Below are positions 26,605-36,812 of a stretch of DNA of 64,000 bases, in pieces; position 1 is the stretch's first letter; each line of letters begins with the position of its first letter. The DNA comes from Ophelia neglecta. Taxonomy: Eukaryota. Location of the stretch: NCBI GenBank assembly GCA_965285935.1, contig OZ260665.1, positions 22,878,001-22,942,000 on the forward strand. Direction: 5' to 3'. Made by a program: the position numbers and the translations under genes. The notes below the pieces were generated by a model. It ran no database searches, was not told the origin of the DNA, and was given only the letters and a program-made list of their open reading frames with translations.

Positions 26605-27709
26605 GTAAGTTAAATATGTATAAATAATAATAAAAAAACCACAGCATTTTATTATGGATGCCTTCGTTACACTGCATTATAATTCGGACAAAATGCTTTT
26701 AAAATCATTGCTCTGAAAACAATTATTCCGGCGTGTCTGCGTCCTTGTCTACCAATGTACATTACAGAAGAACCCGAGTTTCATTTAAAGGCCTTTCCCT
26801 GTTTTCGCGTTTTTGTAGCCCGATTTATGTATATTATTTGCTTGCGATCATGTTCCGTCTGACACCCACTCACCTTGTACTTTCCATGCTTAGTGAAATG
26901 TATTTTTCCAGTAATAAAATTGAAACCTTCGTCTGAAATCGGTTCCTCAACTGGCGCCTTCTAATATGGCTATATTTCAGTGTTTGGTTTCACTGTAATC
27001 CCAGATGATAGGTATTCATTGAAGAGAATATACCAGCAGTTTTATTGTAATAGTTGTCTGAATCGTGGCGTGGCTGAATGTGATATGTGCAGACGCCGTT
27101 CACTTCTTTTTAAAATTATTCTGCCTCTAGACAAGACAAGACTAAGTCTGGGTACTACCAAATGGAAACAAACTCTGGATTTAGGCAATGTCTTATTGTA
27201 CAATTAATGTTATACAGCTTCGTGCCATTCAGATCATGTAATATAAAATGATCTTTCGCCACTCTCATTGCCTTATGGCATGGATACTTCATTCAGTACG
27301 GAATTATATATCTGCCTTAGATTATTATATAAAAAACTCATATTACAAAAAATAATAACATGTTGGTAAACTTATGATTGCTAAGGGGGGGGGGGGGGTG
27401 CTTCCAGTTAAGACCTGACGTTATAAAAATAAAATTTCCATGACACCACTTATTTAATTTCATATTAGTTTGGAGAAATATGAGCGAAAGTCTGCATATC
27501 GTTCACTGCTTTGTTGAATTTATTTCTATATATTGAGCGGAATTGCATAAAAATAAAGTGTAATATAATAGGAGCACATAGCATGTATGAAGTTTAAGGC
27601 TTAGAAAAGAAGCGTTTGTGGATTAACTAAAAATAGGCAACCGCTGTTATGGAGGCAGCACCAATATTATTTGCCGTTCAGGCCAGACATCTGTTTGAAG
27701 TAATCAAAA

Positions 27710-29245
27710 ATGGCGGCGAATAGTAACGACGCACCAAACGGACCGGATCCAAAAACCGTGAATCTAATAGGAATAAATGAAACCGTAGAACATATTTTGA
27801 TCTCATGTGATGTGACTCCTAGAGATGAAATCATTGAAACACTTATGAGTGACATTGATGATGGATTGATCAGAGAATCGAGAGATTTACTAGGTAAGGT
27901 GGCAGCGGATAAGTTCAAAGCATGGGCGATAAGTAATGGAGTGGAGGAGAGTTACATACCTAACATGGCGTTGGTGCAAAGAAAGGGTGACCGGGCCGAA
28001 ATACAGAGAGCCTTGGACTTATTTGAGTTATATGTGTATTCCCGGGACTTAAGATATGATCTTCCAAAAATATTCAAGGGAGATACGGAAAAAGTACGAT
28101 CGAAAATCAGTGAGAAGAAGCTACAAGCGAATGATAATACACAGGGAGAAAACGGCCTTAAACAAATAAGTACCAACTGCAGACTAAACGAACTATTTGG
28201 GAGACAACAGGAAGGTGAGACAAAAATAACTCGACTGATGAATGATATAAAAGAAGACTTGCTACAGAGAATTGTGAAATTGGAAAAGGAGGTGAAACTT
28301 TTGAAAAGTGAAAATGAAGGGATGAAGGCAATGCTTGGCCTAGAAACAATAGCAGCCGCAAACCATCCAGGCAATGCAAGGGTGGTAAGGGGAGGTGAGA
28401 AAGCCTCGACTGGCAGCAACACAAAAGGCAAGGCACAAATCATACAAGACTTGGCAGCGGTAGAAGTTGCTGTTGAAAACCACGATAGCCAAACCAACGA
28501 TAGCTCAGCAGAATCAACGAGTCATGACCCGTCCACTCACAGTCAACTGGCCATGCCAAATACGGGCCAAGATAACATAAACAAGCAATCTAAGGAAGAC
28601 TATGTAACTGTAGACAACAACACTACAGCAGCCAAAGGAAATACATGTACTACACCGCGTAATAATGGGTCGTTAAGTTCAAGTGATGTGAGCGGAGAAC
28701 AACTGACAAGGGCGGAAAACGACTGTGAAGACAACCCATCAAGCCCACTGTTCTCTGAGGTAGTCCAGAGGGATGGACCCTGGCAGGATGCCATAAGTAA
28801 GAGGAAACAGAGGCGTAGACTTGGAGCTTATAGTGAAAACACGCAGGCAGGGTCGCAGACGGGGAAAGCTGCCAGACATAAGATTCTGAAAGGAGCCAAA
28901 GTCGAGAAACTATCAACGCTGTATGTTCAGCATATCCAAAGAGACTATAATGACACTGATGAAGAAATAGCCGACTGTATTATACAATGGGCATATGAAC
29001 GTGAAATCACAATCTCTAACTGCAGGGTAATTAAAAACCGCTATACAAACAATAATGTAGGATGTAGAATTCACGCCCCACAACAGCATGTCAATAAACT
29101 GTTAGAGAAAGACTTTTGGCCAGTTGGCATAAAGTGCAGAGAGTGGTCGGTGGGAAAACCCATTCCCACCGTAATCAGTGGTAGGCAATATGGCCAAAAT
29201 AGTGATAATAAAACATATGATAATGGGTCAAGTAAATGGTGGTAA
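27710..29245 (+). CDS. LINE ORF1p (511 aa): N-terminal helical domain, coiled coil, disordered linker, C-terminal RRM-like domain
   Basis: Heptad segment LLQRIVKLEKEVKLLKSENEGMKAML. C-terminal TLYVQHI...GCRIHAP...LLEKDFWPVGIKCREW carries the WP.G..CR.W signature of invertebrate LINE ORF1 proteins. Lies directly upstream of an APE-RT ORF. Confidence 0.88.
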   Translation: MAANSNDAPNGPDPKTVNLIGINETVEHILISCDVTPRDEIIETLMSDIDDGLIRESRDLLGKVAADKFKAWAISNGVEESYIPNMALVQRKGDRAEIQRALDLFELYVYSRDLRYDLPKIFKGDTEKVRSKISEKKLQANDNTQGENGLKQISTNCRLNELFGRQQEGETKITRLMNDIKEDLLQRIVKLEKEVKLLKSENEGMKAMLGLETIAAANHPGNARVVRGGEKASTGSNTKGKAQIIQDLAAVEVAVENHDSQTNDSSAESTSHDPSTHSQLAMPNTGQDNINKQSKEDYVTVDNNTTAAKGNTCTTPRNNGSLSSSDVSGEQLTRAENDCEDNPSSPLFSEVVQRDGPWQDAISKRKQRRRLGAYSENTQAGSQTGKAARHKILKGAKVEKLSTLYVQHIQRDYNDTDEEIADCIIQWAYEREITISNCRVIKNRYTNNNVGCRIHAPQQHVNKLLEKDFWPVGIKCREWSVGKPIPTVISGRQYGQNSDNKTYDNGSSKWW

Positions 29246-32200
29246 TACTTTCTATATGTGCATTGTACTACTGAGTATTCACCCTATGGTTAGTAACAAC
29301 ACAAATACCATCCTTGTAAATGTCAATGAGTGTCTCAGAGTAACGGCTTGGAACTGTAATGGGTTACTAGGCGCGAAACACTATTGTAAATGTTTACTTG
29401 ACCAAAGTGATATTCTCTGTATCAATGAGCACTACTTATACGAATGTGAAAGTTATAAATTAGGCCAAATTGATTGCAATTTTGAGTATACAGCTAAACA
29501 CAGCTCAAGGTTGGAAAACAAAAATTATGGTACTATAATTGGCCACGGTGGTGTGGCAATATTATGGAAAAAGTCTCTTCAGGCAGTTAAAGTAATTAGC
29601 ACAAAAGGTGATAGAATGTGTTGTGTGGAAATAACACCCATATCAGGGTCGCCGGTGTTTGTTATAAATGTGTACCTCCCGCAACAGGGATGTGTGATAG
29701 CCAATTATAGTGATGTATTAGCCCAGGTGCAAGAACTAGTACTCACATTACAAAGTAAAGGTAATATTGTCATTGTAGGCGACGTTAACGCCAACCTTGG
29801 ACCTGAGTGTGGCCCACGAGGTACTGGCTCGACTTCCCCGAATGGCAGAATATTGATGGAGTTTGTGAGGTCAAGCTCGTTACATGTAATAGACCTAATG
29901 TCATGTTCAGGGCCACTGTACACATATACAAGCCATTCTCATGGTACAACAAGCTACGTTGACCACGCAATTGTATCGGTAGAAGTCAACCAAATAGAAT
30001 GTTCTATCCTAGAGGATGTCCTGAATCCCTCGGATCATCTTCCGCTACAATTGCTGATTGACTTGAAAGTCTTGTGCGAACCAGATACCGTTGAGGTATT
30101 GAGCGAAAAGGTTGCATGGAAAAAGTTGTGTGATAACGAGATAGGCTCTATGTATACAAATCAGTTAAGAGGTAACATGGTCGACTTGATCACTGGTATT
30201 GAAACCAACCCCCCTATCGACGGAAATGATCTAGACTATTGGGTAGACTCGTTTACTAATATCTTGTACACAACAGCCAGAAATAATCTGCCAGTTAGCA
30301 AATTCCGCAAACACCTAAAACCATATTGGACAGGTGAGCTAACCGAACTTTCTCGCGCTTCGAAAGCAGCATGGGCAAGATGGAGGTTCGCTGGGAAACC
30401 TCGTCACCCTTCAAACTATCTCTATATACAGTATAAAGAAAAGAAAAGAAATTTTAGACGGTTACACCGTCGATTAGAGCTCGAATATGAGGATAGACAA
30501 AGTAGGGATCTCACAGAATCCGCTGAGGTGGATATGCCATACTTCTGGTGGTTGGTGAATAAAAAGAGAAGGGGTGCCGGTGGCGCTAAAATCCAGCCCA
30601 TACGTGATGAACATGGGGCTCTATTAACAAAGGCCGACAACGTACGGGATGAATGGCGGAGGTACTTTGCTGAGCTTTCTGAACCTCTTGAAAATAATAA
30701 CTTTGATGACAAATTTCAGAAAGAAATAGAATTGAGGGTTAAAGACATACTACATAGGTCATATGATCAAGATGAAGAAATACTTAAGAATCCGATAGGT
30801 TGTGAAGAATTTGATAAAGCGGTGAAAGCCATTAAATTGGGCAAAACTGGGGGTTGGGATAGTCTAAGTCCAGAACATATTAGATATATGGGCTACGAGG
30901 GAGGGGTAGCCCTGAGAATTATATTTAACCAAATTATGAAATTAGAATATATTCCCACAAATTTCAGGCGGGGAATTGAAGTTCCGCTTTTTAAAGGTGG
31001 GTCAAAAGATCCACAATCGACTGACAACTATCGCAAGGTTACCCTACTTACCGTGGTCTGTAAGCTCTTTGAAGCAATACTACTGGAAAGAATGAATACG
31101 AGTGATGAGTTCGGAAACCAGGGAGTCATTAGTGACATGCAAGGAGCATCAATCCGTAATTGTTCTAGCATACACACAACTATAATGTTGAGGGAAGTTA
31201 TACATTGGGGGATCACTCATGGGTCAAATGTATATGTCGCGACACTTGACTGCCGAAAGGCATTTGATACTGTGTGGGTAGATGGAATGTTATGTCAACT
31301 GTATGAAACAGGTGTTAATGGTAAAATGTGGAGGTTACTGTATCTGTGGTATAAAGACTTCCAAGCAGCTGTAAGGGTGGGAAATAAATTGTCAAATTGG
31401 TTTCCTGTCAGACAGGGCATTCACCAGGGTGGGAAATTAAGCATGGCGGTATTTGTGAGAAATATCAATAACCTGTTGAATATGTTACATCACTTAGAAA
31501 CAGGCGTACATATAATTAATGTGAGAATTGCTAACCCATCATTTGCAGATGATGTGAGTCTAGTTAGTCTTTCTATGCGGAATTTGCAAAAGATGGTCGA
31601 TATGGCTTTAGAGTACAGCCTCAAATGGCGATTTGAATTTAACGTGAAGAAATGTGAAATGATGCAGTTTACGGCGGTAGGTTCTGCAGTGAGTTTTGAC
31701 TATCCTCTTACCATGGGCTCATGTATTATACCTAAGGTAACCATGGTTTCTCATATGGGTGTCCCTCTTGTTACGGGGGATTCAGACATGCGAGAAGCTG
31801 TCCAGAAGAGAACAAGTAGAGCATCTCAAAGGGTGGGGGCCATTTTTGGTCTGGGCTCACCTCGTGGAGGTGTAAACCCTGCGGTGGGCTCGAAGTTATA
31901 TTGGTCTGTTGTTATACCCTCTTGGCTGTATGGTTTCGAACTCTTGAACTTGCCGCGCAACCTATTACTCGAGCTCGAAAAGACCCACTGTAGATTTGCT
32001 CGGAATATTCAGGGCCTGCCTGATAGAACCGCCACCCCTGCTGCTCTGTCTTGTCTCGGCTGGTTTACAGTTGAAAGATACCTGGATCGAAGGAGAATGC
32101 TCTTGTTGCGGGACTTATTAGCTCTGCCATACTCAGTAATATATAAAGTTGTCGTGAGTAACATACTCACAGATATTATGATAAGGGGGGAGTATAACGA

Positions 32201-32747
32201 AGGAAGTCCTGTGAAAATTATGTATGATACCTGTTGTAAATATGGCCTAAAAGATGCAGTAATAGATATGTTATTTAACGCTAGAATAGTCTCAAAAGGA
32301 ACTTGGAAATCAATTGTGAAAACCAGGATTGAAAGACGTGAGGTAAACACATGGAAATTTAATTGTCTTGGTTTTTATAGCCTAACTTTTTTCCGGACTG
32401 TCTGTCAGAAAATTGAACTTAATACCTGGTGGCGTGTTGCCTTACAATCTCCGCAGAATCTACGCCAGTGCAGAGCTGTTATTAGGGTTATGTCTGGTGT
32501 GGCTTGGGAGCCAGGTGAGAGGAAGTGTACTTTGTGCCAATGTGATAACATTTCTGTGAAACACATAGTGCTGGAGTGTGAGCCACTGGCGGCATCAAGG
32601 GCAGACTTGCTGCTACACTTCGACCTATCTTCTAATATTGATCGCAGCAGCATGCTGATACATCTGTTTTGCACAGGAGATGTTCTGTTTGCAAACGACT
32701 TGGACAAAATTATTAGTACAAGGAAGCGCATCCTTAACAGCATGTAA
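29190..32747 (+). CDS. LINE ORF2p: AP-like endonuclease + reverse transcriptase + CCHC zinc knuckle
   Basis: APE motifs AWNCNGL, CINEH, GGVAILW, NVYLP, GDVN, SYVDH and SDHLP. RT motifs NYRKVTLL, LDCRKAFDTV, GIHQGGKLS, FADD and FNVKKC. C-terminal CTLC-X7-KH-IVLE-C knuckle. The first ATG is at 29190 (the track starts at GTG 29178); alternative ATGs are at 29217, 29223, 29256 and 29286. Confidence 0.97.
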   Translation: MAKIVIIKHMIMGQVNGGNTFYMCIVLLSIHPMVSNNTNTILVNVNECLRVTAWNCNGLLGAKHYCKCLLDQSDILCINEHYLYECESYKLGQIDCNFEYTAKHSSRLENKNYGTIIGHGGVAILWKKSLQAVKVISTKGDRMCCVEITPISGSPVFVINVYLPQQGCVIANYSDVLAQVQELVLTLQSKGNIVIVGDVNANLGPECGPRGTGSTSPNGRILMEFVRSSSLHVIDLMSCSGPLYTYTSHSHGTTSYVDHAIVSVEVNQIECSILEDVLNPSDHLPLQLLIDLKVLCEPDTVEVLSEKVAWKKLCDNEIGSMYTNQLRGNMVDLITGIETNPPIDGNDLDYWVDSFTNILYTTARNNLPVSKFRKHLKPYWTGELTELSRASKAAWARWRFAGKPRHPSNYLYIQYKEKKRNFRRLHRRLELEYEDRQSRDLTESAEVDMPYFWWLVNKKRRGAGGAKIQPIRDEHGALLTKADNVRDEWRRYFAELSEPLENNNFDDKFQKEIELRVKDILHRSYDQDEEILKNPIGCEEFDKAVKAIKLGKTGGWDSLSPEHIRYMGYEGGVALRIIFNQIMKLEYIPTNFRRGIEVPLFKGGSKDPQSTDNYRKVTLLTVVCKLFEAILLERMNTSDEFGNQGVISDMQGASIRNCSSIHTTIMLREVIHWGITHGSNVYVATLDCRKAFDTVWVDGMLCQLYETGVNGKMWRLLYLWYKDFQAAVRVGNKLSNWFPVRQGIHQGGKLSMAVFVRNINNLLNMLHHLETGVHIINVRIANPSFADDVSLVSLSMRNLQKMVDMALEYSLKWRFEFNVKKCEMMQFTAVGSAVSFDYPLTMGSCIIPKVTMVSHMGVPLVTGDSDMREAVQKRTSRASQRVGAIFGLGSPRGGVNPAVGSKLYWSVVIPSWLYGFELLNLPRNLLLELEKTHCRFARNIQGLPDRTATPAALSCLGWFTVERYLDRRRMLLLRDLLALPYSVIYKVVVSNILTDIMIRGEYNEGSPVKIMYDTCCKYGLKDAVIDMLFNARIVSKGTWKSIVKTRIERREVNTWKFNCLGFYSLTFFRTVCQKIELNTWWRVALQSPQNLRQCRAVIRVMSGVAWEPGERKCTLCQCDNISVKHIVLECEPLAASRADLLLHFDLSSNIDRSSMLIHLFCTGDVLFANDLDKIISTRKRILNSM

Positions 32748-33784
32748 ATATCGTATATCGTATATACTCATTTTTGCTTTTTCCCATTAATGTATTAACA
32801 TATTAAACATTGTTGTATGTACTCTCCTTTGAGGAGGTAGACAAATAAATAAATAAATATGCACTTTTTTGTAGAACTGGCGGCCAGCGCGCCAAATGTT
32901 GCGAGCCTGACATCTTCAAATAGAAGCCGTCTTTCTTTTGTTTGCTAATCATGGGTAACAGAAACCAAGTGTTTCTTCGCTTAATCTCCAAGCGACATAT
33001 CAAGCATACTTTTTGTTATTGTAGCATGTTTTTACTACTGTCTGGTCCGTAGCTTGTCCGTGTGCTACTCTAATGCCATTCTAGAGTTACAAGGGTCATT
33101 AAGATTTATGCTCAATCAAGATGACCTCAGCGAACATTGAAAGTAAATGTATTATTTATTTGTTTTGTTGTGCCACTATCTTCTTGTTTATAATGTTTTA
33201 ACTAAACTCGATAAACCAGTGTGTTATCTCGCTATCCTTATAGCTGCTTTTTGGGCACATAAATCCATTGCCTCAGTTTCATCCCATTTGCTTTTTTATG
33301 TCCAATAAGTGACTCAACTTCTTAAACAGATATTTGTTTGTAGTTATTCAGTTAAAAAGTCAGTCGTTAAGATGTTGAAGACTGATTAAACACATATTGT
33401 TCACAAACACAAATATTCACTGTTTGTAACTTGGCACTTGGGGACTTTGAATTCTGGCTGTTTAATAGTGACAAGCAGGAGTTATAAGTGGGAGTTGGCC
33501 ACTCGTTGTGTACGCCTCTGAGCAGCCACGAAAAACATGCCTAGCATTTACATTTGAAATAGTTCTGTGACATCACACCGTTGGTCGAGCAGTAAATTCG
33601 TACGCACAAATGTATCGCTATAAAATATCTTAAGTTGGACAATTGACTCGCGTCGAATGAGCCGTGCATAGCGAATCTCCTCGGCACTATCGTTCTCTAT
33701 AGATGTGTATAAACGAATCTATTGAAGGTTGACCATGCCTCCTATACTTTTCTAGCTCTTAAAGGGTAAACTCCTTCTTTGTAG

Positions 33785-33995
33785 GTGCCTACAGTCTAGG
33801 CAGTATAGATCCTACCCTCTACAAGATCAACGATGCAGACGATGTTTACGACATCCCAGAGTTTCACATTGGCCGTGTTTGGTTTGCCGTGGAGTACGAG
33901 AGAGAGACCGAGAAACTCCTGTTTACCCTCATCAAGGCTAAAAACCTCCCGAGTCGCTCCTTGTCTGCAGCCAATAGCTGTGACCCATTTGTCAG
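33785..33995 (+). CDS. SYT15: Synaptotagmin-15-like, coding exon 2 (start of C2A)
   Basis: Acceptor cttctttgtag|, donor AG|GTGAGT. Encodes AYSLGSIDPTLYK...GRVWFAVEYERETEKLLFTLIKAKNLP...CDPFV. Confidence 0.95.
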
Positions 33996-34138
33996 GTGAG
34001 TGGTAAACAACAAAATTACCATCGAATGCCCCAAACGACAGCCGGCCACATAATGTGCCTTACACGAAGACTATTTATTTTTAGCATGGATGTATCTTTT
34101 CAATTTATAAACTACTATTGTGATGTTTTTAAAGTTAA

Positions 34139-34315
<177 letters not shown>

Positions 34316-34452
34316 TAGTACCCTATAGTTACGCTGAGGCGTGCCCCCAGCGATTGCTTTCTTATTAAGCTCATGTGAATTGGTGACACCTAGATGGCAA
34401 GCTCATTTTAAAAGAAGGGAACATAGATAATCTGCCGTTGTTGAATATTCTC

Positions 34453-34915
34453 CGGCTTGGCCGACGGCAGTTTACGAACCCGGGCGAAGCCGACTGCTAG
34501 CTACCCACACGAGTGGGCGCGCAGTAGCTAGTTAGTAATTAGTAGCACTCGCTGTCCCTAGAGCTCCGGTACGAAACTTTCGGCAAAATTAAATCCAAGC
34601 ATTCTTTTTATCACCATTTTGTTTCTTAAGCATCACAATAATCGAGTATGTGACAATAGAATATGTTTTTTACTATTCTTTTCATTAAATGAAATGGTAA
34701 GAAAAAACCCTCAAAAGTACACTATAGTATCAGCATGCAGCTGTGGCGCGAGGAGCGATGTGTTACAAATTCCCCTTCCTGGGTTCCAAATCCGGTTCCG
34801 GTTTGTGTTAAACGCAAAGTAACTTCTTAGGTATGGAATCCCGCAGTTGGCATCCTTACCACGGACACATATTATCTGTATAGCTACCCAGCGGCGCTAC
34901 GCCCTGCTTGAGCTC
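34453..34915 (-). mobile_element. Possible Helitron/Helentron-associated non-autonomous element in SYT15-like intron 3
   Basis: TAGCTACCC is repeated at ~34498 and ~34881, each within a hairpin. GC-rich stem-loops (34453..34492 and 34493..34536) have adjacent CTAG. The architecture recalls HINE/DINE-type elements. Strand and family are inferred. Confidence 0.35.
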
Positions 34916-35492
34916 GCTTTAACATGTTAAGTTCCTGCAAATATACTCGAACATTGGCGGTTGCTTATTAATCCGTGTGCTTTAGCTCATTGAGGCTTCT
35001 TAATGACGGGATTTCTTTGAGTCAGGCACTCTGTAGGTAGTCGTTAACAAAAAATATTTGAATGATGCAATAGGGTTTGTCATGGGCTTCACCTGAATGA
35101 AAGATAGGCTTAAAGTAATCTCATTAGAACAGGTAGCCAAAAAATATTTACTATTTCTGTCAACACGTAAGCTGCTAAATCTAGTTCTGGTATTTCTAAG
35201 CCAGCAGTTACGGGGCTTCACATTACTCATCAACCTACATTATGACAAATAAACTTCCGCTCATAACATCAGTCACAGGGAGTCATTTCCCTTCAGGCAT
35301 TGGCATTCTACTTGCAGAATAAAAGAAGTTTCTCTTAATTGGCACCAGAGTCTTGCCTACATATTCTTAACTTATATCGATGTAAGGGTCCAAAATATTA
35401 TATTAGGCTAATTATAATGACAAAATACTATATTGGTTTAATGCAATAACATTAATTCTTTTTCTATTAAGCAATATCTGTTTTTTTAATAG

Positions 35493-35663
35493 GTTTCCAA
35501 TAAAGGAATAGATGAGCGCGTAATAAAATTGACTGTGTTCGACATTGATCGTCATAAGAGGCATCACGTGATCGGATATGCACTGTATCCGTTGAAGGAG
35601 CACAATTATGAAAGCAACGAGCGAGTTGTTATCTGGCGAGACTTAGAACGTGAAGTGGTTGAG
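35493..35663 (+). CDS. SYT15: Synaptotagmin-15-like, coding exon 4 (end of C2A)
   Basis: Acceptor tttttttaatag|, donor GAG|GTAATT. Encodes VSNKGIDERVIKLTVFDIDRHKRHHVIGYALYPL...IWRDLEREVVE. Confidence 0.95.
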
Positions 35664-35845
35664 GTAATTATCGCCTTGAACAGATGTGGAGCTAAATTTA
35701 TAATGGTCATCATATTGCTTTATCAGGAATATTCCTGTCTGTTAGCTGTTCCTTCCAGTGGTCCTGTCAAATCTTTCATCTTGAAGTAAATTGTATGCAG
35801 ATTATTTTTTGTGTAGGCCTTAACAATTGTCTTTTGCTATTTCAG

Positions 35846-35966
35846 ACGACGTTAGAGAAAGGGGAAATGCACATCTCGTTGATGTACAATGACCACAATG
35901 AGCGACTGACTGTTGGTATATTTGAGGGAAAGAACTTCCGAAGAACTGATGGCTCCGCGGTACCAG
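35846..35966 (+). CDS. SYT15: Synaptotagmin-15-like, coding exon 5 (start of C2B)
   Basis: Acceptor tatttcag|, donor CAG|GTAAGA. Encodes TTLEKGEMHISLMYNDHNERLTVGIFEGKNFRRTDGSAVP. Confidence 0.95.
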
Positions 35967-36212
35967 GTAAGATGCATTACCAACGTCTCATTACAATCAC
36001 ACACATTATTAAAGTCACTGTTTTATTAATGAATCCGCATACCCATGTTTATATAATATTAAACAATACATGCAAGACATATCCAACAAGATTATGATAA
36101 AGAAACTAGGATTTTGTGATTCAATAAACATGCATTCAGTGTTAGCTTTGATGAACCGAAGCCAGTCAAGTATTGTAAAAATGTTACTGACTAATACATT
36201 TATTATTTATAG

Positions 36213-36395
36213 ACTTTTACGCGAAGGTGTGTTTGATGCAACACAGCAAGGTGGCAAAAACAAAGAAAACTGAGGTGATTAAGCGGTGTCCCAACCCAGC
36301 GTTCAACGAGTCTTTCACGTTTAAGGTGCCTCCTGGAAGCCTGGACATGACCAGTGTAAGCATCACGGCCATGCAGCATCTGACAGGGGCTAGAG
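36213..36395 (+). CDS. SYT15: Synaptotagmin-15-like, coding exon 6 (C2B)
   Basis: Acceptor tatttatag|, donor GAG|GTAAGA. Encodes DFYAKVCLMQHSKVAKTKKTEVIKRCPNPAFNESFTFKVP...ITAMQHLTGAR. Confidence 0.95.
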
Positions 36396-36687
36396 GTAAG
36401 ATCACGCCCTTTCTTAAAGACAAATTTACTGTGCAGGCCCATATTTGACGATGAAATATACACTTATGGTTCAGCTTAACAAATTTATTTACAACAAAAG
36501 TCTTTCAAACCTGAATGGTTAACTGGACAGATCGTACGTTAGTCTATTGTCACGTATCTATAAGTTAGGAATGCCATTAACAAGAACAAAAGAGACTTCA
36601 ATAATATATCTTATTTACAATTGCTCAATTGTATCAATTGAACGTGTAATCAGGATAGCGTTTTGATACGGGATTGCTTTTTTTCAG

Positions 36688-36812
36688 ACAAAGTATTTGG
36701 ACGTATAGTGTTAGGATCATTTATGTTTGCACGAGGCAAGGAACTGGAACACTGGAACAAAATGGGAGCAACACCACGGGATCAGATTGCGGAATGGCAT
36801 ACCCTCACGTGA
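36688..36812 (+). CDS. SYT15: Synaptotagmin-15-like, last coding exon (end of C2B, WHXL motif)
   Basis: Acceptor tttttttcag|. Encodes DKVFGRIVLGSFMFARGKELEHWNKMGATPRDQIAEWHTLT* (compare SYT15 G..M..RG.ELEHW..M). TGA at 36810..36812. The summed exons are 1245 nt and in frame. Confidence 0.95.

Larger units (their letters stand above)
27402..32859 (+). mobile_element. Apparently intact two-ORF non-LTR retrotransposon (LINE; Proto2/RTEX-like or CR1-group, clade unresolved) in SYT15-like intron 1
   Basis: Uninterrupted ORF1 and ORF2, a short 3' UTR with hairpin CTCCT-TTG-AGGAG (32824..32836), and an (AAAT)4 tail (32843..32858). The 5' boundary is uncertain, somewhere in 27402..27700. 27402 is suggested only by a weak 3-bp TGC duplication (27399..27401 / 32860..32862). 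Confidence 0.93.

Noticed and set aside
26240-26677. 145-aa antisense ORF over SYT15-like exon 1
   Set aside because: A shadow of the GC-rich coding exon, with no independent support.
27952-28916. Antisense ORFs inside LINE ORF1 (181, 92, 88 and 64 aa), and similar ones inside ORF2
   Set aside because: Shadow frames of a real coding sequence, with no motifs.
29190-29340. Hydrophobic N-terminal extension of ORF2 as a 2A-like ribosome-skipping peptide
   Set aside because: There is no D(V/I)ExNPGP motif.
34441-34585. HDV-like or hammerhead ribozyme
   Set aside because: There is no P1/L3 consensus for an HDV fold and no CUGANGA core paired with GAAA. It is kept only as a hairpin pair.
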